Shown here in pieces: positions 24,101 to 36,737 of a stretch of 64,000 nt of DNA (the first letter of the stretch is position 1; each line of letters opens with the position of its first letter). A model generated the notes under the pieces. It saw only the letters and a program-made list of their open reading frames with translations. It had not been told where the DNA came from and searched no databases. The position numbers and the translations under genes are program-made. The stretch is from positions 87,110,001 through 87,174,000 of the forward strand of contig NC_043004.1 of assembly GCF_006345805.1 (NCBI RefSeq), written 5' to 3'. Source of the stretch: Octopus sinensis (Eukaryota).

Positions 24101-25557
24101 TTTACCATTATTCAAAGGCAGGTATGACTAGACAATGCTCTGTCAAGCAATCATCCATGCTGTTAGCCTTTTGCATGATAAGGACGTTTCTTTTGTCTTG
24201 CTGGATGATGGAGTAGTCCAGGAGGTACCAGTGTTTCGACCTGGGATGCTTCCAGGTGGTCTTAAAGTGGGTGTTGGTGATGAAGAAAGTGTTCAGCACA
24301 CAGCCCAAGGAGCAAGATTCCATTTTCATTGCAATTTCCTACACCTTCTTTGTTAATAACGTTCTCCCATGGTCTGTTGTCCCTCCCCACTCCAAGGAGG
24401 AGAAGCTTATCACTTGGTATATTGAGGATCAGGTCACTTAGCTGTTGGAACGTGTTCTGCACATTGCCATTGGCATCAAGTGTAGGTGCATAAGCAGAGA
24501 TCAGTGTCATAAAGGTGGTATCAGAGATCTGTATTTGGAGAGCCATAAGCTGTTTATTGAAAACAGAAGGTTTCAGATGATGTTCCTTCACAAGCTTGGA
24601 TTTTACAACAAAAGTGACTCTGTGAATTTTTCTCTCGCCTTCTTCTTTCCCTTTCCAGAAGAAAGTATAACCCAAACCTGTCTCTCCAGTCTTTCCTTTT
24701 CCAGATAAACTTGTGTCACTGAGGGCAGTGTCAATGTTAAATCTCGCTAGTTCTTTGGAGATGGTCTCTCTGTGTCTTGAGAATTGAGGAGCGTTCACAT
24801 GTTCCATGTTCCAATAGTTAATTTAATAATTTATTTTAATTAATTTCTGTTGTTGTTTGATTGCTTGAATGGGTATCCTGCTTACCAACCAAGATTCTGT
24901 GGTGGCATCTGATATTTAGCCCATCTTTTCTAGAGCCTTTCAGAGTGAGCAGTGGTGTTCCCAAATGGGCCTGCCCAGTCGCAGATGTAGGACCGAGTCC
25001 CTGGATTGTTACAGGAAGGTGAGCCTCTGGCATCTACGCCAATGTGCAGCTTCTAGTTTCACCAAGACATGCTCTCATCGTCCCTATCATTGGGCCTTTT
25101 TTTTATAAAAAGGCAGGTTAGTTGGATCAAAAAGAAAGCTGCCAATGGCATGAGTTCCTTTAGGGTGGAGATAGATCTCCTTGCCAAGGGAGGTTCCCAT
25201 GCACTATGGCCCAAAATCCTCCTGCTGTGGCACTGCCTCAAGTGACATGCAAGGTCCGGAAGATGGGTTGCAATGGAATGCCGCTAGGTCCAATATCATT
25301 AGGGTTGTACCTTTCTAACCAGTCTGTCTGGCATTGCCCTCTTCTGCTAGGATCAATCATTGAGTTTGGAGATCTAGCTTCCTCTGCTTGATCCACTGTT
25401 GGGGTCTTAGTTTGGTGTAGTGAGGAAGAAGGACAGCGTTTCTGTGTCCTTGATTCGACAGCTTTTGTTTTTAGTTCTGATGGGTGCCCTCACACCCTCT
25501 CCAAGACCCAGCAAGCTGAACCAAGGGGTGAGCCAGTTTAGTCACTGACGACCCAAC
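24101..25557 (-). mobile_element. RTE-clade (BovB-like) LINE 5' portion: 5' UTR + APE endonuclease, pseudogenised
   Basis: ORF 24262-24807 contains ELARFNID, GYTFFWKGK, TLISAYAPTL and GVGNCNENGILLLGLCAEH, which are RTE endonuclease motifs. Confidence 0.9.
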
Positions 25558-25591
25558 CATGTGTGTGTGTGTGTATATGTATATATGCATA

Positions 25592-25648
<57 letters not shown>

Positions 25649-26090
25649 CTATATATAATATGTATCTATATGTATATAGTATCTATATATATATGTATCT
25701 ATATATATATATGTATATATATATATGTATATATGTATATATGTATATATGTATATATATGTATATATGTATAATGTATCTATATATACATATGTGTGTA
25801 TGTATAATTTGTATATATATGTATATATACATGTTTATGCATGTTTTATATGTATATATATGTGTGTGTGTGTATATACATGTGTGTATGTATATAAGTA
25901 TGTATATATATATATGTGTATGTGTGTATGTATATAAGTATGTATATATATATATGTGTATATATAATATATGTGTATATATATGTGTATGTGTTTATAT
26001 ATATATGTATGTATATATATATGTGTATAAATGTATGTATATATATATGTGTATATGTATGTATATATATATGTGTGTGTATGTGTGTGT
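25558..26090. repeat. Compound TA/TG microsatellite
   Basis: Direct reading; includes an exact 40-bp tandem duplication at 25881-25960. Confidence 0.95.
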
Positions 26091-26372
26091 GCTGGTGGCA
26101 TGTGAAATATTCGAGCGAGGTCGTCGCCAGTGCCACTGGACTGGCTCCTGTGCAGATATAACATATAAAGCACCATTTGGGCGTGGCCGTTGCCAGTTCC
26201 ACCAAACTGGCATGTAAAAGCACCCACTACACTCTCGGAGTGGTTGGCATTAGGAAGGGCATCCAGCTGTAGAAACTCCGCCAGATCAGATTGGAGTTTG
26301 GTTCGCCAGACCTCAGTCAAATCGTCCAGCCCATGCTAGCATGGAAAGCGGACATTAAATGATGATGATGAT
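26091..26372 (+). mobile_element. Young SINE family B
   Basis: GCTGGTGGCATGTGAAA...GCACCCACTACACTCTCGGAGTGGTTGGC...CCATGCTAGCATGG...(GAT)n. Confidence 0.9.
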
Positions 26373-26393
26373 ATATATGTATAAATGTGTGTA

Positions 26394-26428
<35 letters not shown>

Positions 26429-26452
26429 GTATATATGAGTGTGTGTGTATAT

Positions 26453-26501
<49 letters not shown>

Positions 26502-26504
26502 ACA

Positions 26505-26660
26505 AGTTTTTTTCAATTTCCATCTACCAAATTCACTCATAAGGCTTTGGTCTGCCTGAGGATATAGTAGATGACACTTGCCCAAGCTGCCATGGAGTGG
26601 GACTGAACCCAGAACCATGTGGTTGAGAAGCAAGCTTATTTCAACATCACCACACTTGCA
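26505..26660 (-). mobile_element. SINE family A head
   Basis: GGGACTGAACCCAGAACCATGTGGTTG is the reverse complement of the B-box region. Confidence 0.8.
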
Positions 26661-27578
26661 TCTATAAACGTATACTATTCAGATAGTATATATAATATAA
26701 TATAATATATTTCACCTCTATGTATGTGTTCCAACATATACACATAATCTTACAAAGATACAAGGTCAATTTTAGTAGGAGAGGACTATAGAAAATTGAA
26801 TTTACTCTTGTAGAAAATTGGTACTTATTTTATCAATCCTGGAGGGTTGGCACAAACCTGTACAACAGTTGATATGGAAACAGCGGTTGCTAAGCAGCAT
26901 TAAATTATGCAAGCATGGGGGAGCAAGAATAGTGTTAAAATGGAAGATGAAGGTGATCGTTATTATCTTAAAGATTTCTCAAACTAGTTTAGATTGTTTT
27001 ACTAATTTTTTTTCCTATTGTAAAATTTTAAAACTAGCTTTGGCACATTCTACTGCTCTGTTGTCATTTTAATAATACCTTTAAAATGAAATTATCTAGT
27101 AGTTTTTATTTTGGCATAAAAAAAAAACAAACTTCGTCTTCATTTAGTATGTCAAAGGCAAGTGAGCCTTTCGGAGCCGTTCTTTCCAGAAATTTTAATT
27201 TGTAGCTGTTTGAAAGGAATGCATGTTGTATGTGTGTGTGTGAGAGAGAGAGAGAGTGATCATAAAGCAGAACAGTTTTCCTTCTATGTGCACTTTAATC
27301 ACATGTTCAGTAAGATCAGACACGAAATACAAACAACAGAAACACATCATTGTAAAGGTGTTTGCTTTCACACAGATAATACATTCTTTCTCTTACCCCT
27401 CTCTCACTCCCTCTCACTCTCTCTCTCTTTCTCTCTCTTTCATACTATGCAGAACACAGTATTACATTATAAATACCCTGATCTGTAATAATATAAACAT
27501 ATATCACTTAAAATATATAATTCATAAATTGATTTGTATATACAAGGTAATTACCCAAATTTAATTATAGTTCATTAC

Positions 27579-27638
27579 CGTTTGTCTGTTTCTTCCCTCG
27601 TTCATTATATTGGATACTTCCAGAAAAGTGCATTTTAT
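27579..27638 (-). CDS. Candidate 60-nt exon (IKCTFLEVSNIMNEGRNRQT or (D)KMHFSGSIQYNERGKKQTN)
   Basis: Very strong acceptor TTTTTTTATTTTCCTTTTTGGTTTTTACATCAG and donor ACG|GTAATG; two frames are open. No homology recognised. Confidence 0.45.
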
Positions 27639-28168
27639 CTGATGTAAAAAACCAAAAAGGAAAATAAAAAAAACGTTTGCAAATATTCATACATTTTTGA
27701 AATTCATTGATATACCACACCCATATGTATGCTATATAATGATTATTGTATATATATATATATATATATACACTCCCCCCCTTTTCTACATTATACACGC
27801 CTACACAGCAGATGTAGCCGCTGAAGCATTTTACCTACATAATTATATGAAACAAGAGAAGCAACCCAGATATTTGAAATATATTTAAATAAACAATTGG
27901 ATCTGCTTCTATAAATTAATTTAATTTTATCTTTTCAAATGCTATTTAAAAACTTTTGAATACATACTCCCCACCTCCACCTTTTTTTTTTTTCATTTAT
28001 CACTCTTATTTTTATTTTTATTTCATGTCTCCTGTTTTTTTTCTCTTAAGAGGCAAGTGGTTGATATACCTTTACATTAAGGAGTCTCGCTTTTTCTGTA
28101 TTTCTTTCTCTAATTTCTCTTTCTTCCTTCTTTCTTTTCGTGTTCAACTTGGTTGCTTCTTTTTCTAG

Positions 28169-28356
28169 TACTACTATAAGAAACATTACTTCCTTTCTCT
28201 TGATCCTCCTCTTCTCTACATAGTGAATGAGTGATTGATTGATTGGTTGGTGCAGCAGCTGGTTGGTTTGATGCTAGCATTGGCTTCTCTTGGTGACGTT
28301 TTATTTCATTAGATGTGCCAGCTTTCATAGTGGATGAATCTTTACCTTAAATAATG
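28169..28356 (+). promoter_or_regulatory. Promoter-like or 5' UTR exon segment ending ATAATG|GTAAGA
   Basis: ATTGG (CCAAT-box) at 28242 and 28279, TGACGT at 28294, strong donor at 28357. Stops occur in all frames. Confidence 0.3.
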
Positions 28357-28484
28357 GTAAGAAATTTTCTCTGATGCTTCTTATCCTCTGTTCGACATGT
28401 ACAGCTGAATATATGTGCATAGTTGTTAGTCTGTACAATTGATTGATTTCAAACATTGTTTTCCTTTACTCTAGAACAATTACA

Positions 28485-28566
28485 TACATCAATACATACA
28501 TACATACACAATGTGTGTGTATATATGCATGTATGTGTATATATAGTATGTTTATATGTATGTATG

Positions 28567-28597
<31 letters not shown>

Positions 28598-28741
28598 ATG
28601 TTTGTGTATATGTGCATGTATATGTGTGTGTATGTGTGTGTATAGACATATCAATAAATGTATAGATATATATATGTATGTGTGTATGTATATATGTGCA
28701 TATATGTATATATAGATATATATGTATATATAGATATACAT

Positions 28742-28775
<34 letters not shown>
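28485..28775. repeat. Compound TA/TG microsatellite
   Basis: Direct reading of the sequence. Confidence 0.95.
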
Positions 28776-28776
<1 letters not shown>

Positions 28777-29369
28777 CTAAATGGCTGCATCTATGTAGTG
28801 ATTTTTCTCAAATTATAATATATGAATGATATTCAACCACTTTAACCCTTTAATATCTAAAAATCCAAGTGGTTCTTAGAGCAAATATAAACTTATCTTA
28901 TCATCTCAAAATCATGGATTAATACTTTAATTTTCAATTTTATCACATTAGTTTCCAACATTGAAATGTCCAGAATTGTAGCAGTTACTATTAGTGTGGG
29001 TTTTTTATTATTCTTTTGTGAAGCCTTTTCAACATCATTCTTTGACTGATACTGCAATATTTGGTGAAGAAGAATGAATAAATAAAAGTTGAAATTATTA
29101 TATAATTATTTCAAAAATGAAATTATTTCTTCATTGTCCCTTTTCATTATGCCTCATTATATCCCCAACTACATCCAAGAAAATTTCAAACCTTGAATGG
29201 TTATAATTTGTAAATATTTTAGCAGAAGCATGTTTGATAATTTTCAATCCCTTATCATTTCTTTTATCTTCCACTTGTTCAAGTCATTGGACTATGGCCA
29301 TGAATGAATGGTTGCCTTAGAGAGTTTACTTCAATAAATAAACCACAGTATTCATTTTTAACTCCATAT

Positions 29370-29387
29370 TCACACACACACACACAC

Positions 29388-29427
<40 letters not shown>

Positions 29428-30383
29428 CATACATATATGTGTATGTATGTATATATACACACACATATATACATATATATATATACACACATAAATACAT
29501 ATATACACTTATATACACATATATATATATATATATACATATATACACATATATATATACATACATATATATGTATGCATATATATACATATATATAATA
29601 TACATATATATGTACACATATATATATACGTATATACACATATATATGCACATATATATATATTCATATATGTATATATATATTTGTGTATGTGTGTACA
29701 TATTATAATGTATATATGTGTGTGTATATATATTTATATGTATATATGTGTGTGTGTATGTTTATATATATGTATACATATATATATATAGTGTAGATAT
29801 ATACATATAAAATCCTTAAAAATGTTTTAGCCCGAAGGCCGCAGCCATGCTGGGGCACCACCGCTAAATGAGCTACACTAATATGTGGCACTTGGTCAAC
29901 AAGGAAGTTCGATGCCGCTGCCTGTGTGTGTGTGTATATATATGTGTGTGTGTGTATATATATATATATATGTGTGTATATATATATGTGTGTATATAAT
30001 ATATGTGTATAATTATATATATATATGTATATATATATATGTGTATATATATATATATGTTATATATATATATAGTGTATGTATATATATATATATGTGT
30101 ATGTATATATATATATATATGTATATATTATATGTTGTATATATATGTGTATATATATATATATGTATATATATATATGTGTAATATATATGTGTATATA
30201 TATATGTGTATATATATGTGTATACATATATATATGTGTATACATATATATATGTGTATACATATATATATGTGTATACATATATATGTGTATACATATA
30301 TATGTGTATACATATACATATATGTGTATACATATACATATGTGTATACATATATATGTGTATACATATATATATGTGTATAC

Positions 30384-30414
<31 letters not shown>

Positions 30415-30710
30415 TATAATATATAAATATGTGTGTGTGTGTGTGTGTATATTATATATATATAAATATATGTGTGTGTATGTGTATATATATACACATA
30501 TAATGTGTATATGTATATATATGTGTGGTGTGTGTGTATGTGTATATATATACGGAGTGGTTGGCGTTAGGAAGGGCATCAAGCTGTAGAAACACTGCCA
30601 GATAAGACTGGAGCCTGGTGCAGCCTTCTGGCTTCCCAGATCCCCGGTCGAACCGTCCAACCCATGCTAGCATGGAGAACGGACATTAAACGACGATGAT
30701 GATGATGATG

Positions 30711-30773
<63 letters not shown>

Positions 30774-30875
30774 GCATATATACATATGTGTGTATATATA
30801 TATACTTATGCATATATACACATATATGTGTATATATATATATATACACACATGCACTGTATATACACACTCGCA
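29370..30875. repeat. ~1.5-kb microsatellite field with embedded SINE pieces
   Basis: Alternating purine-pyrimidine repeats, interrupted by a family A tail (about 29820-29865) and family B (30553-30712). Confidence 0.95.
30553..30712 (+). mobile_element. SINE family B (3' part)
   Basis: GGAGTGGTTGGCGTTAGGAAGGGCATC...CCATGCTAGCATGG...(GAT)n. Confidence 0.9.
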
Positions 30876-30879
30876 CACA

Positions 30880-31035
30880 ACTGGCTTCTTCCAGTTTCCA
30901 TCCACCAAATCCCCTCACAAGGCTCTGGTTTGCCTGAATCTATAATAGAAGACACTAACCTAAGGTTCCATGGGGTGGGACTGAACCTGAAACCATGTGG
31001 TGGTTAGAAAAACCTCTTTACACACTGCCATGTTT
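30880..31035 (-). mobile_element. SINE family A head
   Basis: GGCTTCTTCCAGTTTCC...GGGACTGAACCTGAAACCATGTGG. Confidence 0.75.
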
Positions 31036-31239
31036 AAATCTATGTAAATAATTTCAAGGAATATTTTGCCTTGACTGTTTTTTTTATAGGAAGGAGATTT
31101 AATTTGTTTGATTGAGATTGAGTACAAAATGTTTTTACAAGACTTTAGAGTTATTTACATTTTTAAAAATATCATTTTATCAGAATTTAAATTCATTTTT
31201 TATAACTCAAGAAATGGCAAGCTATATTTTTCCATGTGT

Positions 31240-31570
31240 ACTTCTCAATGACATGATTTTTGGTTGAGTCCTACTGTATGGTAACGTCTACTATGCAGCT
31301 GGGTTAACCAAAGCCTTGTGAGTGGATTAGGTAGACAGAAACTGTAAGAAGCCTGTCATATATATGTATCATTGCACTTGCTCTCCACCATTTGATAACT
31401 GGTGGTGGTTTTGTATATCTTTTTAACTTTGTGATTTGGTAAAAAGACAGGTAGAATAATTATCAGATTTTGGAAAAAAAAGAAAGTACTGAAGAATATT
31501 TATTCAATTAAACTATTTCAAGGCTTGCCCCAGCATGGCTGTAGTCTAAAACCTGAAACATAAAAGATAA
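31240..31570 (+). mobile_element. Decayed SINE family A
   Basis: ACCAAAGCCTTGTGAGTGGATTAGGTAGACAGAAAC...CCCCAGCATGGCTG. Confidence 0.7.
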
Positions 31571-32109
31571 AAGAAAATTTAAAGAAATGAATTTTAAAAA
31601 TCTCTTTTTTTTTTTTACTATTCTTTTAAATTTAAATTGCATTAAAAACAAAATACTGTACCTTTTTGTGTTAGAAAATGCTTTTAGTTTAGAAAAAAAA
31701 GGAAATAATTAAAAATGTTTGTATGTCAATGAAAACACTGTTTTTTTTTGTTTGCTTTTTGTCAAGCATTTTGTAAACCCTTTGAGGAGTTGCTAAATGA
31801 AGCCCTTCATGGTCAATTTATAGCCAAACTTAATTTAATTAACATTCAATCTTGTTTCATATCTCAAACATTCAGATTATATCCAATTCAAATTATTTAC
31901 ATTAACTTTGGGAATTTAATCTATTAAGTTTATTCATCTAGACTTCACACAACATCTTATGATAAAGTGGTTTTTATTTTTATTTATTTTTTTTTTGTAC
32001 TGGTTGTTAAGGCATGATTGTTGGATTTTAAATTTTCTAAAATTCATTCTGAAAATAAAATACTGAGTTCAAGTGTTTATCTAAAAAAGACTGATTGACA
32101 CCCATCCCA

Positions 32110-32630
32110 CATTCTCCCTATTAAGAAACTGCTTTGCCATGTTGAAGCTTTCATGTACCTTGCACAGTGTCCCTTACTGCAGCCACATATCTTTCTTTGC
32201 TGTTCTTGATGCTTGTCTCCAACAGGCCATTGGAGAAATATGCAACATCTGGTTTGATGACACTGGATGACAACAGGCCACCTTACCTGTCAGATATGGT
32301 GGCCTTGGCCTCTGGTCCCACTGGCCCTGCCAGCATTTCTCTCATCAACAACATCTTGCTGTATCCTCATCAGCCAGGTTCTCCACATAGCAACTGAACT
32401 TACTATGATCGGGGAGTGCAAGATGGCCTACATGACATGGACCCAGCTTGGCCCCCTCCCTGTGGATGTTCCTCCCTTCTGTTTGCAAACATCTGGTTCC
32501 CTCAAAACAAATGGGATGCCATCCAGTGCAGCATGATCTTGGATGGTGTGCAGACTTGATCAGCACTGTTCTGCATGTTTCTGCTCAGCCTCCCAAACCC
32601 ACAGTGATGCCTTTTCCATTTTGCCCACCA
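32110..32630 (+). mobile_element. CRE/SLACS-like non-LTR retrotransposon relic
   Basis: LRNCFAMLKLSCTLHSVP ... QQATLPVRYGGLGL (frameshift) LALPAFLSS matches the QA.LP...GGLG.R...LA.PAF..S post-RT motif. Confidence 0.7.
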
Positions 32631-34314
32631 TAAATAACATTGCATTGTTATTTCTTAATGAAAAAACAGAACTATTGGAAAGTCAATAATTTCTTTTTCT
32701 TTTGGAACCTTTCCACATTAGTAACTTGAACTCATTTAAAGTTTGAATACTGTAGTTTACTATTGTTCAATGACATCAGAGGCCAAAATCTTTTATTAGA
32801 ATGAAAATATTCATATTTTGAAGGATATACACACACACACACACCCTATACACATATTTTTATTTAGATATTTGTGTATATTTACCTCTTGTTTTTGTGT
32901 ATTTTTTGAAGCCAACTAGAGTTGCTAATTAGTAGGCATAAATATTGATTTTTTTTTTTAATTTCCATTTCAAAAATAAATTGATTTGAAAAAGAAAATT
33001 TATGCCCAGTTAAAACACATGATCTTTTATACTAATTTTAAAAAATTCCATCTGTAAATAATTTTATACAGCTGAATCATTTTAAAATGATTTAAAGAGG
33101 CTACAATTGACTGCACTTTGGTAAAAGATAAATTGTTGTGATAATCTATATAGTTTTTCCTTTTATTTTCACCCCTTATTTTGAAGATGTAGCATGCCTG
33201 TCTGCATATATGCCACATTGACAGTACTGAGTTACACTTTACTTAATAGTTGCTGTAGCTAAAATAATTTGGCTTCTATTTTCTCTTATTGTTTCTCTTG
33301 CATTATTTTTCTGATGCTACAGTTTAAAAAATTGAATTTTCAGGGCTGTTTTTTTCTCTTGTTTGGTATTTTTTGAAATCCTTCATATATGCCTCAATCA
33401 ATTTAAATAAAGGTTCAGTGCATCATTGGAACACTAAATGAAAATATAGTATAATGTAAAAAAAGAAGAAATTCTTCATACTCTTCTCTATCTAAAAAAT
33501 ATCATTACGCAAAGTTTAGAAAAACATTTAGTACAATAGAAGCTGGAAAATGTTATTTAGTTGGTTGTTTTTGTTGTTATTGCTCTTCCTTGATTACATA
33601 AAGAAGCAGATACAAAAATAACTGTATATAATAAAGAAATAAAATCGGTAATTTTATTCTTGAAAGCTTATTGAAATTGCAAAGATTTTATTCTGCTTCC
33701 AAAACCAAATACTTTTAGTATTTCTCTTTTTTTTTTCTCCTTTCGTTTTTTGTTCTCTTCCACCTTTCATGGAATATATTGACACTTTGGAATATAAATG
33801 AATTTTATTCAAATTTTCATATTATTCATAATCTTTATTAGTTGGAATAAAATAATTAAAGATTTCCTTTTTTCAAATAATTTTATTTGTTTAAGAAACA
33901 AATAGACTTACAGAGAAGAATGGATTTGTAACTAACAGATTCCAATTTCTATCTTTGGATTAAATGATAGAGTATTGTTCGATTATTCTTCAGAGCTATG
34001 ATCTCATGATCTCCAGATTAATACTAATCAGTCAAACTATAATTTTAAAATCAAAATACTATTGTTCTCTTTTCTTATTGACACTTTATACTTATTTAGT
34101 TTATAAAGGATTAAATCACTGCAGTGACCCTAATTTGGTTCTGGGACTTAATATTTATTTCAAAACTCATTCACTTATGAATGTTATATATAATCAAAGT
34201 TATAAAACTGAAACTATTTTAAAATTGACACGTTGTCCAACTTACGTAAAACTTGAAACAGTAAACTAGAAGCTGACCTCAAAATCAAACTGGGTTAGGG
34301 TTTTCACCATAGGT

Positions 34315-34564
34315 CAGTTATAGGCAAACTTCAGCCTGTGGGTCACATGCAGTCTGTAGGTCACATGCAGCCTGTGGGTCACATGCAGCCTGTGGATCAC
34401 TTGCAGCTTGCTAGTCACATGCAACCTGTGGGTTGCATGCAGCTCATGAGATTTGTTGAATGGCATACATAATGATACCTTGAATGTATTTAGTAGTAAG
34501 GCTCATTTGATGATGAGCCATGCCTCGTGCAGCCCATATCTTGAGAAAGGGTCACCCATGTCTG
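34315..34564. mobile_element. hAT (Charlie-like) MITE with amplified 18-bp subterminal repeat
   Basis: Degenerate TIRs CAGTTATAGGCAAAC / GGTCACCCATGTCTG; six copies of CAGCCTGTGGGTCACATG at 34332-34439. Confidence 0.6.
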
Positions 34565-34875
34565 TTATAGTGCTAATATTCATTTTTGGATATATTTCAG
34601 CAATCATTTGAAAAATACACAGAATTAAATATTTAAAACTTATTTAACAACCAACAGACACAAAAATAGTGTGATAAGCTAGTTATCACATACTAACAAT
34701 GTAGCCAAGAATTAATTCTGCCGTAACCAATTTTCTAACCTGTTCATTTATATAGAATCCTGAAAATATGCAATGGTATGTCTTAACCTGAAGAAAGAAC
34801 TTTTGATGCATTGACATACTTGGATAGAATCAATTATTGATAAACCTTTTTCATTTTCTCTAGCAACCATTAATA

Positions 34876-36064
34876 TCAATTTGGCCAAAAAGTTTGTTCA
34901 GTTTTTGTTGACACTAAACTTCAAGCACTCCAATAAGTAGCTAACTTCTGTCTGTCCCTTGCACATGTGCATTTGTTAGATACTTGACACTTCAATGTGG
35001 TTTGATACAAACTTACAATGAGACAAGTTGTATTTCGTGTGCTTGGGATCACTCTGAAAAAGGAAAGTCAAAAGGAACATTATCAACAATTCATGCTTTT
35101 TATATTTTAAAGAAAGGTAAGAAAATGACAGAAACTCGCCATAAGATGTGTGCTGTTATGGAATGTGTGTGCCAGAAGTAGTTTTCAAGATTTTAATTAG
35201 GAGATTTTTTGGTTCAAGACACACCTCACACCAACCCCCACTATACAACTAGGATAATTGCAGATATTCTTTAAATATCCAGATTAAGTGTTGAAAACCA
35301 TCTGCATCAATTTGGTTACATCAGCAGGCTCAATATTTGGGTCCCACACCAAGTGAATGATAATAATCTTGCCCAATAGATTTCCATCTGTGATTTGTTG
35401 TAGATATGTGAAGAAAATGAACCATTTTTTGATGAGATTGGCGACAGGGGTGCAAAATGAATAATTTATAACAATGTGAAGTGCAAATGATTATGGGGGA
35501 AGCATGGTGAACCACCACAATTTTCAAAGCAGAATTCACCCAAAGATGGTTATGCTTTCAATTTGGTGAGATTGGAAGGGTGTTGTCTTTTACAAGCTTC
35601 TTCCCGCAAACAGGACCATCAATTCAGATGTATACTGTGATTAGCTGCACAAATTAATTGTGGAAATCCACCGGAAATGTCCATCACTTGCTAATCATAA
35701 GGGCATTGTCTTACATCATAACAATGCCAGACTACACACTTCTTTGAAGACACTGTAGAAGTTGCTGAGACTTGGTTGGGAAGTTTTACTGCTCCCTCCA
35801 TATTTGCTCAACCTTATGTCTTCAGAATTCCACCTGTTTCCATCTCTTCAAAATACATTAAATGTAAAAATTCACCTGGAAGAGCTTTTTACCTGTAAAG
35901 ACAAAAATTTTATTAGGCAGGGAATAATTGCTCTGCCCACAAAATGGCAGAACATACTGGAACAAAATAGTAATTATATCATTGATTGAATAAATTGCTT
36001 TCTGTTTAAAACTTTTTACTTATTTTTGCTTAAAAAAACTGAGTAGACTTTTTGGTCAACCCAA
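34876..36064 (+). mobile_element. mariner transposon, pseudogenised
   Basis: TIRs (TTGGCCAAAAAGT..TCAGTTTTT), TA at 34874 and 36065. Peptides ESQKEHY..F...KKGK, WVPH, TINSDVYC and LGWEVL..PPY...L..SEFHLF.SLQN. Confidence 0.92.
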
Positions 36065-36737
36065 TATTGGTTCTGAAAATTTGCATCTGCTATTTTTCTA
36101 CATGATATGCAATAGATATTTTTATGTTGAAAAATAAGAACCAACTGGAGTGAAAGCTTTTGGATTTAATATGTAAAGACCTTTGATAATATGACATGCA
36201 TACTCCTAGAGCAAAATATTTTTATTGGGTATTAAACTAACAAATGATCACTTGGATCTTAAGTCTTCTCAGTTGTACCATAATCATCTCCAATCCCATT
36301 CTCAATGAAGTTCACCATTTCCCAAGAACCCAATGTTTTCCTTAATTTTTTCTATTGGCCACCTTTAATATTTCACACTTGTATGCAATTATTTTCCCAC
36401 ATTCTTTAAAGCCACAAATCAGATGATTGCTAATATTGCCTGCGGGAAGTACACTTATTTCAACAGATATGTATCATGCACCACTTCATCTCATGAAAGA
36501 GCCATCATAAGAGCATCTCTGTGATCATTTGACTTGCTGGAAATAGGAGTGTAATTCCTCACAAACCACATGCTACATCTTAAAAAGAGAAAGGCACAAT
36601 AGATAATTTAGTTCTGGGTACATTGTCTGAAAATAAAATGTCATGGCTGGCATGCCTTTAGTCAAAGGTCTACTTACTTGGGACTAAACTACGATATCCT
36701 ATAAATAATTTCAAATTTAAAAAATTTTCATCATTAA

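Noticed and set aside
19535-30918. Dozens of long ORFs rich in Y/I/C/V/M/H/T in the ORF track
   Set aside because: They are translations of TA/TG/CA microsatellites, which lack stop codons.
34332-34445. 18-bp array as a CRISPR-like locus
   Set aside because: The units are contiguous with no spacers, the context is eukaryotic and the array sits inside a MITE.
34980-35116. Apparent host coding exon YLTLQCGLIQTYNETSCISCAWDHSEK...
   Set aside because: It lies between the mariner TIRs and overlaps the transposase N-terminus in another frame. Kept only as a cryptic-exon note.
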